Assembly (NCBI RefSeq): GCF_006345805.1
Contig: NC_043004.1
Location: forward strand, 50,096,001 to 50,160,000
Source of the DNA: Octopus sinensis
Lineage: Eukaryota
DNA length: 64,000 nt
Direction of reading: 5' to 3'
Below, piece by piece: positions 11,261 through 24,814 of the stretch. The stretch's first letter is position 1. Every line of letters begins with the position of its first letter. The notes beneath the pieces were generated by a model. It had not been told where the DNA came from, did not search any database, and saw only the letters and a program-made list of their open reading frames with translations. The position numbers and the translations under genes are program-made.

Positions 11261-11793
11261 AGTGAGAGAGCAGTGTATGCCATCAAAGTGACACTGGGGT
11301 AAAATATACGAAGCCCAGTATACCCATCATGACTACCCGTCTGATAAGGGTACACCAGGCACATGCATCACAACCATATGTGCGCGACATGGTGATCTCA
11401 TATCAAGATAAACAGCGCATGACCTTGCAGGTGAGGCCCAGTTAGAATTTTCTTCTGGTCGAGTAGCCCTTCCCGCTCAAAAGGGTCCCTGAATAAGGAT
11501 TGTTTAAAGATGTTGAACGAAACGCCCATGTTTCCAAAGGTGAATGATCCAAACCTCCAAGAATTCCTTTCAACATACGGCTATGATGCTCCCCCACTAC
11601 TTCTGCTCGTGATCAGAGATGCACATATCGTCAGCCACTAAGGGAAATGGTCAACTGGTTAACGTCAAACAACTGATAAGCAAATCTGTGGTATTGAGCA
11701 GAATATTTGCTGTAGCCCATCTTTTATACCAAGACAATACAAAGTACATGATAACAATTCCAATAAGTTAAGATCAAGGGCCATGAGAGCCAC
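11261..11793 (-). mobile_element. Non-coding interspersed repeat family D (~550 bp, (AAT)n 3' tail on minus strand)
   Basis: Highly similar copies at 12697-13149 and 26047-26601, all abutting (TTA)n at the same end. Confidence 0.8.
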
Positions 11794-11794
11794 T

Positions 11795-12160
11795 CGCACG
11801 CCGGGCGAAATGCGTAGCCGTATTTCGTCTGCCGTTACGTTCTGAGTTCAAATTCCGCCGAGGTCGACTTTGCCTTTCATCCTTTCGGGGTCGATAAATT
11901 AAGTACCAGTTACGCACTGGGGTCGATGTAATCGTCTTAATCCGTTTGTCTGTCCCCTCTGTGTTTAGCCCCTTGTGGGTAGTAAAGAAATAGGTATTTC
12001 ACCCGTCGCTCCGTTCTTAGTTCAAATTCCGCCGAGCTCGACTTTACCTTTCAGCTTTTCGGAGTTGATAAAATAAGTACCAGTTGAATACTGGGATCGA
12101 TGTAATCGTCTATATCCGCCCCCCCCCCCGCAAAATTGTTACCCTTCTGGCAGAATTTGA
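11795..12160 (+). mobile_element. Two tandem SINE family C copies (second more diverged)
   Basis: GAGTTCAAATTCCGCCGAGGTCGACTTTGCCTTTCATCCTTTCGGGGTCGATAAATTAAGTACC core, repeated many times in the window. Confidence 0.85.
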
Positions 12161-12207
12161 AGCCACTATTATTATTATTATATTATTATTATTATTATTA
12201 TTATTAT

Positions 12208-12267
<60 letters not shown>

Positions 12268-12562
12268 AGAGTCCATTATTTATGATCTACCGATCGTGAT
12301 TTCAACTCCTAGACCGCGTGGAGCGTTGTGTGCTTGAGCAAAACAATTCATTTCACATTTCTCTGTCATCACTTCCACACCTGACGCGTGGTACACCGTG
12401 CACCTATTCAGGCAACGTTGATTGATGGAGACAGTGAGCTAACATGCAGAAATGAACATTTGATCACTTTAAGCAAATCTTTTGTGCATATCGTTCGACA
12501 AAGGCTGAATGCTCAAATGTCGTCTTCGACGAGAAAGTCCATTATTATTATTATCATCATCA

Positions 12563-12665
<103 letters not shown>

Positions 12666-12696
12666 CATTATTATTATTATCATTATTATTATTATT

Positions 12697-13148
12697 GAGT
12701 GAGAGAACAGTGCATGCCATCAAAGTGACACTGGAGTAAAATATACGAAGCCCATCATGACTACCTGTCTGATAAGGATACACTAGGCACATGCATCACA
12801 ACCATATGTGCGCGACATGGTGATCTCATATCAAGATAAACAGCACATGACCTTGCAGGTGGGGCCCAATTAGAATTTTCATCTGGTCGAGTAACGCATC
12901 CCACTCAAAAGGTCCCTGAATAAGGGTTGTTTAAGGTTGTTGAACGAAACACCCATGTTTCCAGAGGTGAATTATTCAAACCCCAAATAATCCCTCTCAA
13001 CACATGGCTATGATGCTCCCCCACTACTTCTGCTCGTGATCAGAGATGCACATATCGTCAGCCACTAAGGGACATGCCCAACTGGTTATGGTCAAACAAC
13101 TGACAAGTAAATATGTGGTATTGAGCAGAATATTTGCTATAGCCCATC

Positions 13149-13149
<1 letters not shown>
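12697..13149 (-). mobile_element. Repeat family D, 5'-truncated, between two (TTA)n arrays
   Basis: Colinear with 26047-26510. Confidence 0.8.
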
Positions 13150-13191
<42 letters not shown>

Positions 13192-13760
13192 GTCATTTAC
13201 TTTTAATCTGCATGTTTGATGCAATCACTTGCCGGGGCACACCCAGCGCCCTAGGGCAAGTGAAGGTTAAGAGTTGTTGAAATATAGCTGAAAGCTTGCG
13301 GAGGGGAAGTAGAGAAATATCTCCATGTAATACAAACACAAACATTTACATTGATAGGTTTTTCTAAGGATGTGGGCAGTACTTGTTAGCACAATCTTTT
13401 GGATTTCTTTGAGACATGGTTCTCCAGGGATATTGTCTAGGTGTTTCTGACATCCCTTTTTTATCATACCTAGGGCACCTACAATAACAGGAACAGTTTT
13501 TGTTTTAAGATTCCACATCTTTTGTATTTCGATTTCCAGGTCCTTATATTTACTAAGTTTGTCAAATTCCTTTACAGATATATTTTTATCAGTGTGGAAC
13601 GCTTACCTCTATTAGTCTGCATGTATTTTCTTCCCTGTCTTTAACAATTATGTCTAGTCGATTAGCCTTGATCGTTCTGTCAGTGTTGACTGGAAAATCC
13701 CAGAGGATGGTGACATTTTTACCTTCAACAACTGGCTGAGGATGGTGTTGATACCAGTTA
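13192..13760 (-). pseudogene. R4/Dong-clade non-LTR retrotransposon 3' fragment (restriction-like endonuclease + 3' UTR)
   Basis: TILWDFPVNTDRTIKANRLDIIVKD...KYKDLEIEIQKMWNLKTKTVPVIVGALG; 3' UTR hairpin CACTTGCC...GGCAAGTG; ends in (AAT)n. Confidence 0.85.
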
Positions 13761-13769
13761 GCAATAGAA

Positions 13770-14555
13770 TGCAGTGTCCTTGGGCGAGTGAAGAATAAGA
13801 GATGTTACATTATGACTGAAAGCTTGAGGAGGTGACATTTAAATTGTTTTTCTAAGGATGTGGGCAGTGCTTCTCAGTACAAGCTTTTGGATTTCTCTGA
13901 GACATGGTTCTCCTGGCATTTTATCTATATGTTTCTGACATCCCTTTTTTTATCATACCTAGGACATCTACAATAACAGGAATAGTTCTCGTTTTAAGAT
14001 GTTACATCTTTAATATTTCAATTTCCAGGTCCTTATATTTATTTAGTTTGTCAAATTTCTTGACAGATATATTTTTATCAGTAGGAAAACTTACATCTGT
14101 TAGTTTACAAGTATTCTCTTCCCTATCTTTAATAATTACATCTCGTCAATTACCCTGGATCGTTCTGTCAGTGTTGACTGGAAAATCCCAAAGGATAGTG
14201 ACATTTTCACCTTCAACGACTGGTTCAGGATGATGTTCATACCAGTAATCAGGAGTGCTGATTTTGTAGTGTTTACATTTTTTCCAGTGTAAATACTGTC
14301 CTAACCTTATCGTGGCGATTCTTGTATTCGTTTGGTGTCAGCACAGGACATCCCGAGACGAAATGGTCTATTGTTTCGTCAAATGTATCGCAGAATCTGC
14401 ATTTAGGGTCAGAACCGTTTTGAAGAACGTTAGCCAGCTAGATTTTTTGTGAGGAAGCTTTGATCTTGTGTCGCCAATATGGAACTTTCAGTCTCTGCTT
14501 TCAGTACTGAACTTCTCAGCCACTGAGGGTTGTTGCTTGATCTACATTAGCATTT
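13770..14555 (-). pseudogene. Second, diverged R4/Dong-clade 3' fragment (CCHC finger + RLE), in tandem with the first
   Basis: DPKCRFCDTFDETIDHFVSGCPVLTPNEYKNRHDKV, then VTILWDFPVNTDRTI; 5' end abuts (TTA)n at ~14560-14656. Confidence 0.85.
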
Positions 14556-14571
14556 CGAAATATTATTATTA

Positions 14572-14656
<85 letters not shown>

Positions 14657-15377
14657 TACTAAGACACTTTTTGTGACACGTGTTATTATATGTTGACTTG
14701 CCATAAATACCACAGAATAATTAGGAGTCTTCAGCAAATCAACGATCGCTTTCAATTTTCGAAAACCCAATGGCATTCTTTATTTTGTTTTGTTTTTCCT
14801 TTGTTTCATTGTTTAGTATGTTCCGGTTAGTGTCAAGGAGTTTGTAGAGGGCGTGTATTAACAAGACTAAGGGATTTTAATGTGTTGTAAATATTTTCCG
14901 CCTTAATCATTATTTACTGTCAACATGAATTCACGAGTCTCTTATAAATAATAGATAAATATGATCAGTCACGTTGTGAGAGTTTCAAAACCGAAATAAT
15001 CTAGAACATTTCATTAGAACATTTAATTAAGACTACAATTTAATGATTTCTTCTCTTCCCACTCCTCGCTTGTAATACACTAACAAACATTGTCACTGCA
15101 AAACTCATTGACAAACATATAAACGGTCAACCTTGTAGCAGTTGAATTCTCAGGTCTGTTGTCACACTTCGTGTCGACATGTATTGATATGTTCTCCAAA
15201 CCATTTTCGATTACAGTCGTTTATTTTTTGGTGTATTTATTGTTAACACTTTGGGGAATAAATTTACAATCAACACTTCTCTTGCAGTCAACGAGAATTC
15301 CTGGTTGGCCTAGCTGTTTTGTCGCCAAATAATTTAGATTACGGTAAATACCATCTCAGTATATTCTCATTTTATAC

Positions 15378-15608
15378 GGCGGCGAGCTGGGCGAAACGTT
15401 AGCACGCCGGGCGAAATGTGTAGCCATATTTCGTCTGTCGTTACGTTCCGAGTTCAAATTCTGCCGAGGTCGACTTTGCCTTTCATCCTTTCGGGGTCGA
15501 TAAATTAAGTACCAGTTACGCACTGGGGTCGATGTAATCGACTTAATCCGTTTGTCTATCCTTGTTTGTCCCCTCTGTGTTTAGCCCCTTGTGGGTAGTA
15601 AAGAAATA
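15378..15608 (+). mobile_element. SINE family C, full length
   Basis: GGCGGCGAGCTGG head to GTAGTAAAGAAATA tail; flanked by direct repeat ATATTCTCATTTTAT (15361-15375 and 15610-15624). Confidence 0.9.
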
Positions 15609-16197
15609 TATATTCTCATTTTATTATTCTAGCTAGATCTATGAGCCGAATCGTTGCAGCATCGGGGAAAATGCATTACAGTATTTATTCCGGTTCTTTA
15701 TATTCCTAGTTGAAATCCTGCCAGGGGGTCAACTTCCCCTTTCATCCTGTACAGTCGGTAAAATAAAGTACTAGTCAAGTAGTGGAGTCGATGGCATCGA
15801 CTAAAACCTTCCCTAAAAACTGATGGCCTTGTGCCTAAATTAGAAACCATACTATTATCCAAGAGACGCTATTTGTACAACGTTATAGTAATTATGTAAG
15901 TTTTTGGTGATTTCATAACTCTGGGAAACATTTTATAGTCTTGTTTTTTTTTTCTATGATTCTGGTTGTAAGCTTTTAAAATGTTTTCTTTATCATTTAA
16001 GCAATTTTTTTAAAACGATTTTTGAGGATTCTTAAAAAATAAAACTCTAAAAAACTTTTCACCTTTTCTTGTCGTGTTCTTTAACGTAGCTAAAGATTGT
16101 GATTTTCATACTGAAAATGCTATTCTCTGCACATTCATTGAATAGTTTTCCACACCAAGCATGTGTTTGTTCAAACCGAGTGTCTGTCTATCTTCTG

Positions 16198-16233
<36 letters not shown>

Positions 16234-16272
16234 TGTATGTATGTATGTATGTATGTATGTATGTATGTATGT

Positions 16273-16825
16273 CAGGTCACTTTCGAGTGCTGCTGGTAAC
16301 ATGTAACCCGGTACAACCTGCTGCATGGTCGGGTCGTCGGCGACTAAACCGGCAACCCCACCAAGCTTGCTTGGTGAGGAGGGTGTTTATTGGACACCCT
16401 GCGGGATGAAAAACAAAACCCGTCAAAGGGCGGAGGAACTCTTGAGAGTCAACGGCCATCCAATAAATGTCTTAAGGCTTTATTATGCGCGGGGACATAG
16501 AAATAATCGGACTGAATACCCGATCGCGCGGTTAAACCATTGGGAGTGAAGGACTCCTAGCCTTTGTTAGGGCATCCTTCTAGGAGAAGTTAACTCAGGT
16601 AACTGGGATAACACCGACATAAAACCTGCGGCTCAGTGGTTACCGATGATGTTGACTTTTCTTCTTTTCGGATTATGGCTGCTGTTGCTTAGTGAGTGGG
16701 ATTGACTCAGTGCACAGCCTTTCCTCACTTTACAAAAAATCTTCTTGCGCAGGCATTGCACGATAACAACATTGATTAAGCTTTGTGCAATGGCCATACT
16801 CGATAACGAGGGGGGCAGCCACCAT
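16273..16825 (+). mobile_element. Interspersed non-coding repeat, possibly RTE-UTR-derived
   Basis: 5' part recurs at 35695-35740 (+) and ~51850-51925 (-); RTE assignment rests on general resemblance only. Confidence 0.45.
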
Positions 16826-16908
16826 GTATGTATGTATGTATTATGTATGCATGTATGTATGTATGTATGTATGTATGTATGTATGTATGTGTGTGTGTGT
16901 GTGCGTGC

Positions 16909-16959
<51 letters not shown>

Positions 16960-17184
16960 CGTAGGCTTAAATTTCTTTGTCTAGTTGAATCATTTGCTGA
17001 TACTACATTTCGGGTATATTTTTAACATGCTATTTGACTTATAACTAGGCTTTTCAACAAAATAAATACTAAAACGCTAACCAGGAAGTAGAAATAATAT
17101 ACAAACATATATATATATGTGTGTGTGTATTGTTAAATTTGTCATGTTTATATGTCAACTATGCAAGTCTGTAGGTTTGAGAGA

Positions 17185-17297
<113 letters not shown>

Positions 17298-17836
17298 AGT
17301 GTGTTTTATCAAAGACATGACTGTGTTCGGATTTGAGCTTCTTTATTGAGCATTTTATTTTCCTTTTTCTTTATTAGTTCCTTTACGTTTAGATTAGAAC
17401 AATGGCGTTCCTAAATCCACCCGTCCATTAACATCTGAGACTTTCTCTGTATTATTATCAGAATAAAGTAATGGTAATAATGAGGTGTTGCTTGTGTGCA
17501 CTGCTGTAAGTAGCAAAGTGCCATGGGATTACTGGTTGATTTGGCTTGTGTTTTCTAAAGCTTTCATAATCTGGTTTAAGCGTCCGTAATTATATTTCTC
17601 AATTTTTGTTATCTTATATTTTTGAGAAATTCTATTTAAAACTGTAGTGTTGTCAACTAACGTTTCGCTGTCTCCTTTTATTTCATGTAATACATTGGAA
17701 GGATTCTAAAAGCAAGGTCAGCGCATAAGAGAGTGTCATATTTGTGTGGTTGATGTCACACATTGAGTCATAGCATAATTTGCATGTTTACACGGAAATA
17801 TGTATTTTACACTGGTTGTCAATTGTACAGTCTCTG

Positions 17837-18086
17837 GCTTCTGGGATTTTGGTTTCGTGATGAGGAAGATTTTTTTTATTATTCTGATGTTGTGATATAA
17901 TTCTAACTGTGAGTTTGTGGTTTGAGTGTTGTGTTGTGTTCTATGGGATTTTATTGCCTTGTTAATCCATTCTGTAACCGGCTACACATATACGACAGTG
18001 CCAACTAAAAACACACAGGCCACATATATTGTACGCTATTATAACCATGGATTTGGTTATAATAGCGTACAATATATGTGGCCTGT
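17837..18086 (+). repeat. 250-bp segment duplicated almost identically at 24380-24629
   Basis: Direct comparison; includes the centre of the 17981-18120 hairpin. Confidence 0.9.
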
Positions 18087-18320
18087 GTGTTTTTAGTTGG
18101 CACTGTTGTTTATGTGTAGCTGAAGTTGTTCTTGTATTGTTCTAATGGCCTGATCTATAATCTATTAGGGTATCTATTACTAAATATTGTTTGATTTACA
18201 TGAAAGATTTCCTTGTTTAAAGCATTTTACATGGATGAACATTTACAAGTATTTGACTGCAGATATGTTGTATATAAAGGGGCACACCATGAATAAATAG
18301 GAATTTGTGTGTGCATGTGT

Positions 18321-18434
<114 letters not shown>

Positions 18435-18699
18435 GTAAACTGAGCTGGTATACTTCTATTCGTTATTCATATATTTATCTAAGAATAAGCTCGTGTTATG
18501 ATCTGGCCTTATCTTAGCGCTGTGTTGGTTTGCAAATGCAAGAAGGCATTTATTTTCAGAATCTTCTTTAAGTCTATCAGACTGGTAGGTTTACAGACCA
18601 TCTTAAAAATAACTTCATTCTTACGTTTACAATCAAGCCTGTCTATAAGACTAAAAGATATTACTTAAAATATAAATAATTGCTCATATTATCTACACA

Positions 18700-19340
18700 G
18701 AAAAAAATATAAACGAAATCCTCAAATATACCCACAGTCTATCCAACATTAGAAATATGGTTTACAGTTTAGTTAAAGATACATCTCTCAGACTTCCAAA
18801 TATCCCAATAATGAAGACATTCTTTAGACTGTACTACGTATAATAACGACCTTCTGACACGAAGTGAAAAGAACCCACAAGACTCACAATAAGAAAAAAA
18901 GGAACATCTCTTTCTGTAAACCCCTCAATATCGCTGTCACAACACTAATAGTAAATAATTCTTTTAAATTACACAGAAATATACACTCTACAGTTACTAC
19001 AAAATATTCAACAAAGGTAGTATCAAACGTTCACATTCAGCTAGTATTGTCTAATATGTCCCAACTCAATCAATCATTTACTGATCCCACGAATTGAAAC
19101 TACAACTGTATTAACAGTAATAATTGTTAATTACTAACTGCTTTCTAAGAACATAATTTATCAACGTACAGGGCTAACGTGAAATCCATTTCAAGCCTGC
19201 TATAACGAATGTACGCATACATTCAGAAACAAAAATAGAAGTCTCACTGTCTTCAATCATTCGGGAGCTGAAAAACAATTTAACATAAAATTAGATATCA
19301 TCTCAAGAGTAAATCTATATATTAGAAATAAAATTTAACT
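18700..19340 (+). pseudogene. Highly decayed Penelope-like (possibly Naiad-type) RT-thumb/GIY-YIG remnant
   Basis: KRNISFCKPLNIAVTT and downstream Cys-containing remnants resemble the PLE KRNI.WFNPP region; many stops. Confidence 0.4.
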
Positions 19341-19640
19341 TACGAACCAATTGTCAAGCGGTGGTTGGGGAAACAAACATAGCCACAAAGATACACACAC
19401 ACACACATGCACACTTAATTACGGAATCTTGATTAGCAAACAAAACTCCTTTCATGAATAGGCATTGCAAACCTATAATATAACCCTACAGAAAAAGTAA
19501 CACTTTTAAAAGCAGAACCTCCGATCTTTCTGACACTCTCACCTATTCCTATACATTTTGTAAGAAAAGCCTACTACATATAACAAAATGCAGTGCATGT
19601 GTGTGTGCGTGTGTCTGGTGTGTGTGTCTGTGTGTGTGTG

Positions 19641-20480
19641 TAGGTACAGGTATGGCTTTATAGTAAGCTTGCTTCCCGACCACATGGTTCCGGACTAAGT
19701 CCTCCAGCGTGGCACCTTGGGCAAGTGTCTCCTACTATAACCTCGGGCCGACCAAAGCCTTGTGAAGGAAACGGAAAGAAGCCCGTCATATGTGTGTGTA
19801 TGTGTGTATGTGTATGTGTATGTGTCTGTGGTGTGTGCGTGTGTCTGTGTATGTGTCTGTGGTGTGTTTGTGTTTATTCTCCCACCACTGCTTGACAATT
19901 GGTGTTGATGAAATTACATCCCCCGAAATCTAGCGGTTCGGCCTAAGAGAACGATAAAATGCGTATCAGGCTTTAAAATGAAATAAGTATTGGGAACGAT
20001 TCATTCGATCAAAGCTTGAAGGCGGTGCCCAGCATGACCGCAGTCTGATGACTGAAGCAAGTAAAGAGAAGGCTGTGTGCTAAGAAGCTTCCTTCTCATC
20101 CACATGGTTCCGGTTTCAGTCCCACTGCGTGGCACTTTGGTCAACTGTCTTCTACTATAGCCTTGGGCCGACCAAAGCCCTGTGAGTTGATTTGGTAGAC
20201 GGAAACTGAAAGAAGTCCATCGTATGTGTGTTTGCGTGTGTGTGTGTGTGCGTGCGTGCATGTGTGTTTGTGTGAGTGAGTATATGTGTGTCTTTGTGTC
20301 TGTGTTTGTCCCCCCGACCACCGATTGACAACCGGCGTTGGTGTGTTTACGTCCCTGTAGCCTAGCGGTACTAGACTTAAGATAATAAGTCCCGGGGTCG
20401 ATTTGTTCAACTAAAACTCTCCGAGGCGGTGCCCCAGTATGGCCGCAGTCAAATGACTGAAACAAGTAAAAGATAAAATA
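19641..20480 (+). mobile_element. Two tandem diverged SINE family A copies
   Basis: Heads at ~19641 and ~20070; both contain the family A body. Confidence 0.8.
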
Positions 20481-20482
20481 GA

Positions 20483-20520
<38 letters not shown>

Positions 20521-20547
20521 TAATAATAATAATAATAATAATAATCT

Positions 20548-20745
20548 TTTACTATTTTACTTGTTTCAGTCATTTGACAGTGGCCTTGCTGGAGCACCGC
20601 CTTTAGTCGATCAAATCGACCCCAGGACTTATTCTTTGTAAGCCTAGTACTTATTCTGTCTCTTTTGCCAAACCGCTAAGTTACGAGGACGTAAACACAC
20701 CAGCATCGGTTGTCAAGTGATGTTGGGGGGACAAACACAGGCACA
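20548..20745 (-). mobile_element. SINE family A, 3' half
   Basis: Reverse complement of the family A tail half. Confidence 0.8.
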
Positions 20746-20767
20746 CAAACGTATGCACACATACATA

Positions 20768-20815
<48 letters not shown>

Positions 20816-21375
20816 CTAAGTGGTTATTTTATCCAAGAAATGCTAATCCCTCATATCATTAAATTTCACATTTCTCTTTCCAACTCCCAACGCCCATTCA
20901 GCTCACATTCAACCGCTATATTGTTCTCAAACCTTGTGTGTGTGGGGGGGGGGGGGGGGTGTTTGTGTGTGTGTGTGCGCGCGTCCGTGCGTGATGGATG
21001 CAACAAAAACAGACCCCAACACGCACTGTCATAGCTAGCATTAATATCTACAGAGCTATTAACTCCAGCGTCATTCGTCATCAAGTTATACACAGTGATA
21101 GTTACAATAGCAACTTATAAACTAAGTACTTAGGACTCCCCTTAGAAACGTAACGTGAGGGGTCACCGATTGTAACGGTATTGTTGAGGAGTCAGTGGTC
21201 ACCAGTGTAACGGTTGTTGTGATAATGTATATGTTGATGGTTGGCAGTTAGCGATTGTAACGAGGTGTTCGTGTTGCAGATGCGCAAAATAAAAGAACAG
21301 TGATCGAAGTTGTAAAGAAATATTGATTTACTTGTTACTTTGTATATATATATCCAAAACCACGATGTGTTATAA

Positions 21376-21777
21376 TTTTACTTGTTTCAGTCATTTGACT
21401 GCGGCCATGCTGGAGCACCGCCTTTAGTCGAGCAAATCGACCCCGGGACTTATTCTTTGTAAGCCCAGTACTTATTCTATCGGTCTCTTTTGCCGAACCG
21501 CTAAGTTACGGGGACGTAAACACACCAGCATCGGTTGTCAAGCAATGCTAGGGGGACAAACACACACATACACACACACACACACACACATATTTATATA
21601 TATATACATATATACGATCGGCTTCTTTCAGTTTCCGTCTACCAAATCCACTCACAAGGCATTGGCCGGCCCGGGGCTATAGCAGAAGACACTTGCCCAA
21701 GATGCCACGCAGTGGGACTGAACCCGGAACCATGTGGTTGGTTAGCAAGCTACTTACTACACAGCCACTCCTGCGCC
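21376..21777 (-). mobile_element. SINE family A, full length
   Basis: Reverse complement of 80-480. Confidence 0.9.
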
Positions 21778-21874
21778 TTAAATTCGTAAAGCATGCGAAG
21801 TAAAGATAGATGTCGTCGATTTTCCTTGTATAGTTTGTCTGTGTGTTCTCGTCACTGTGTAGTAATAAACTACA

Positions 21875-22260
21875 GATATGGAAGCACTCCGTCGGTTACG
21901 ACGACGAGGGTTCCGGTTGATCCGAATCAACGGAACAGCCTGCTCGTGAAATTAACGTGTAAGTGGCTGAGCACTCCACAGACACGTGTACCCTTAACGT
22001 AGTTCTCGGGGATATTCAGCGTGACACAGAGAGTGACAAGGCCGCCCTTTGAAGTACAGGTACAACAGAAACAGGAAGTAAGAGTGGGAGAAAGTTGTGG
22101 TGAAAGAGTACAGCAGGGATCACCACCATCCCCTGCCGGAGCCTCGTGGAGCTTTAGGTGTTTTCGCTCAATAAACACTCACAACGCCCGGTCTGGGAAT
22201 CGAAACCGCGATCCTATGACCGCGAGTCCGCTGCCCTAACCACTGGGCCATTGCGCCTCC
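21875..22260 (-). mobile_element. SINE family B head with tail type 2
   Basis: Head GGAGGCGCAATGGCCCAGTGGTTAGGGCAGCGGACTCGCGG; tail shared with 56890-57050. Confidence 0.85.
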
Positions 22261-23621
22261 GACTACAGATACAGTGATGATATAAAGGAAAAACGGTGAG
22301 CTAGTGAGAGTTAGAGTCGAGGGAAGTTGTGTCTGATAGTAGCTGATTGTAACTTTCTTTCTCCCTCTGGCCGTTTGTCTCAAATGGCTCATGCTTGTGG
22401 CCATCATTCATACGTTTCGTCTCATTCGATACCCTGACCCCAATGTTTGTTTTGTCTGTCTTCGTATCGTCCCCACTTTTTCTCAACCTTATGGAGAATA
22501 AAAAAATACTCTAGTTGGTCTCTGTTCACTAACTAATTTGTTTTATTCGGCACACAAGCCATGACACAGAGAGAACACCACAAGGACATAACAAAATCAT
22601 TTAGGGGCTGGGGTTATACCTTAGTTAGAAATCGAATATAATGAAATCGGAGAATCTTCTGTATGTATACATATCGCAAGATAGCGAGAAAGAGAGACAT
22701 ATTTTTGAGAACAGTAGATTTCGTTGGGGGTCCATTATCTCAATTCTAATTTTACATGGCCTAGAAGAGGTTAGAAGCGTTACGTGGCAAAGACATAATT
22801 CAACTTGGTAGAATCACATGCTAAATGTAACTTGCTGTCACTGTTTTTCTGTGTCGAATCTACTCTACGCCTAAAAGAGGTCCACCACAGGAAAAATAGA
22901 GAAAATCCTCTTTGTAGCTTATTTTTCTACTTTGCTAGAAATGGCAGGGAAATCCTGCTCACGTCACACTTTACTGTCTTGAAGAATAGATGCACTGAAC
23001 AATGTTGTCCTTGATATACACAAGATGGGGTGGCCCTGCCTCGAAAGTAATATAAAGCATTGGATATAGAACTTTGTGGTCACCAAACCTAATGTGTACC
23101 ACATTAACGACAGTAACGACTGCTCGTCCAAAATTTATAATTGTCCAGCTGGAGTACCACAAGGTTCCTTTCTTCTCATCTACTTCTTTCAGACTACGCC
23201 TGTATAACCACCTCACGTGACCATCTCACACCTCCGTAGAGCATATGGCCAGATGACGTCACATTCACATTCGCCCGACTATCACAAGATATTACTGCAT
23301 AACTTCACCATTCTGGACTCTGAAATATCCTTGGTCACAGGCTTACTGGAACAGATCTGTCCCGAACTAAACAACAATGCTATTTCTCATTATAGTTGTG
23401 GGATACAATATTAATACCCAACGGGTATTATTATTTGAAGGCGCGTAGCCGAGCAGATAGAGTGTTTTACACGAGATTACGGTTTCGATTCTCAGAGATA
23501 TATTGTGTTTTGAGCAAAACACTTCATCTCAAGTTGCTCAGCGATCACTTCGACAACCGGTGTATAGTCCCCCATGCAGTTGTACAAGTAATGTCGATTG
23601 ATGGAGAGAAGAAGCTATTTT

Positions 23622-24814
23622 TTTTACTTGTTTCAGTCATTAGACTGTGGCCTTGCTGGGGCACTGTCTTAAAGAAATTTTAATCGAATGTATCAACCCC
23701 AGTATTCAGTTTTATTTAAAGTTTGGGACGTAGTCTATCCGTCTCCGTCGCTGAACCGCTAAGTTACATGGACGTAATCACACCAGTACTGGTTGCCAAG
23801 CGGTGATGCGGTGGATAAACACAGCCTCAAAGACACACACACGCACACACACTTATACACATGCATACATACATACATACATATATGTATATACATATAT
23901 ATATATATATACACACATACATACGTACATACATACATACATACATACATACATACATACATACATACATACATACATACATACATACATACATACATAC
24001 ATACATACAATATACATATATGTATACATATCGGTATATATCGTTGCTATCATGCAAAAGTGTCGTAAGTCCAAAACGTTGCTTTTTCAGAAAACGAAAA
24101 AATAGTTTCACCATTTCATTTCTTTTTACATTAGCAACAGTTTCAGCTCAACAATAATACTTTGTTGAGTGCATAAAATCGTAACTCTATGAATGTATGA
24201 TACTTTCAATCAGAAATACTTTTGCAAAATTGTCGTTTGCGGGACTTTTTTGAAAAATGCTAAACCGTTGAACTACACTTTGAGAATTTTCATATCTTGG
24301 CATCTGAAGCAGCTGGAGATACGATATTTTGACCAAAAGAACCGGTTATTGCAAGCAAAATTGAAAATTGAAAGAAAACGCTTCTGGGTTTTTGGTTTCG
24401 TGATGAGGAAGATTTTTTTTATTATTCTGATGTTGTGATATAATTCTAACTGTGAGTTTGTGGTTTGAGTGTTGTGTTGTGTTCTATGGGATTTTATTGC
24501 CTTGTTAATCCATTCTGTAACCGGCTACACATATACGACAGTGCCAACTAAAAACACACAGGCCACATATATTGTACGCTATTATCACCATGGATTTGGT
24601 TATAATAGCGTACAATATATGTGGCCTGTTTAACATAAGAGCAACGATATATACGGCAGACGCTTTTCAGTTTCCGTCTACCAAATCCACTCACAAGGCT
24701 TTATTCGACCCGAGGCTATAGTAAAAGACACTTGTCCAAGGTGCTACGTAGTAGAGTGAACCCCCGAAACATGTGGTTGAGAAGCAAGCTTCTTATCACA
24801 CAGCCACGCCTGCA
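23622..24814 (-). mobile_element. Diverged SINE family A split in its internal microsatellite by inserted sequence (~24050-24640)
   Basis: 3' half at 23622-23830, 5' half at 24650-24814, same orientation. Confidence 0.65.

Noticed and set aside
17330-18300. Possible decayed PLE on minus strand (TEWINKAIKSH, SNRYPN)
   Set aside because: Too degenerate to support without an alignment
21145-21375. Possible solo LTR (TGTAAC repeats, AATAAA)
   Set aside because: No clear TG...CA boundaries, TSD or second copy
22800-23400. Possible decayed GIY-YIG C-terminus (NFTILDSE...PELNN); similar hint at 57820-58080
   Set aside because: Motif match too weak to call
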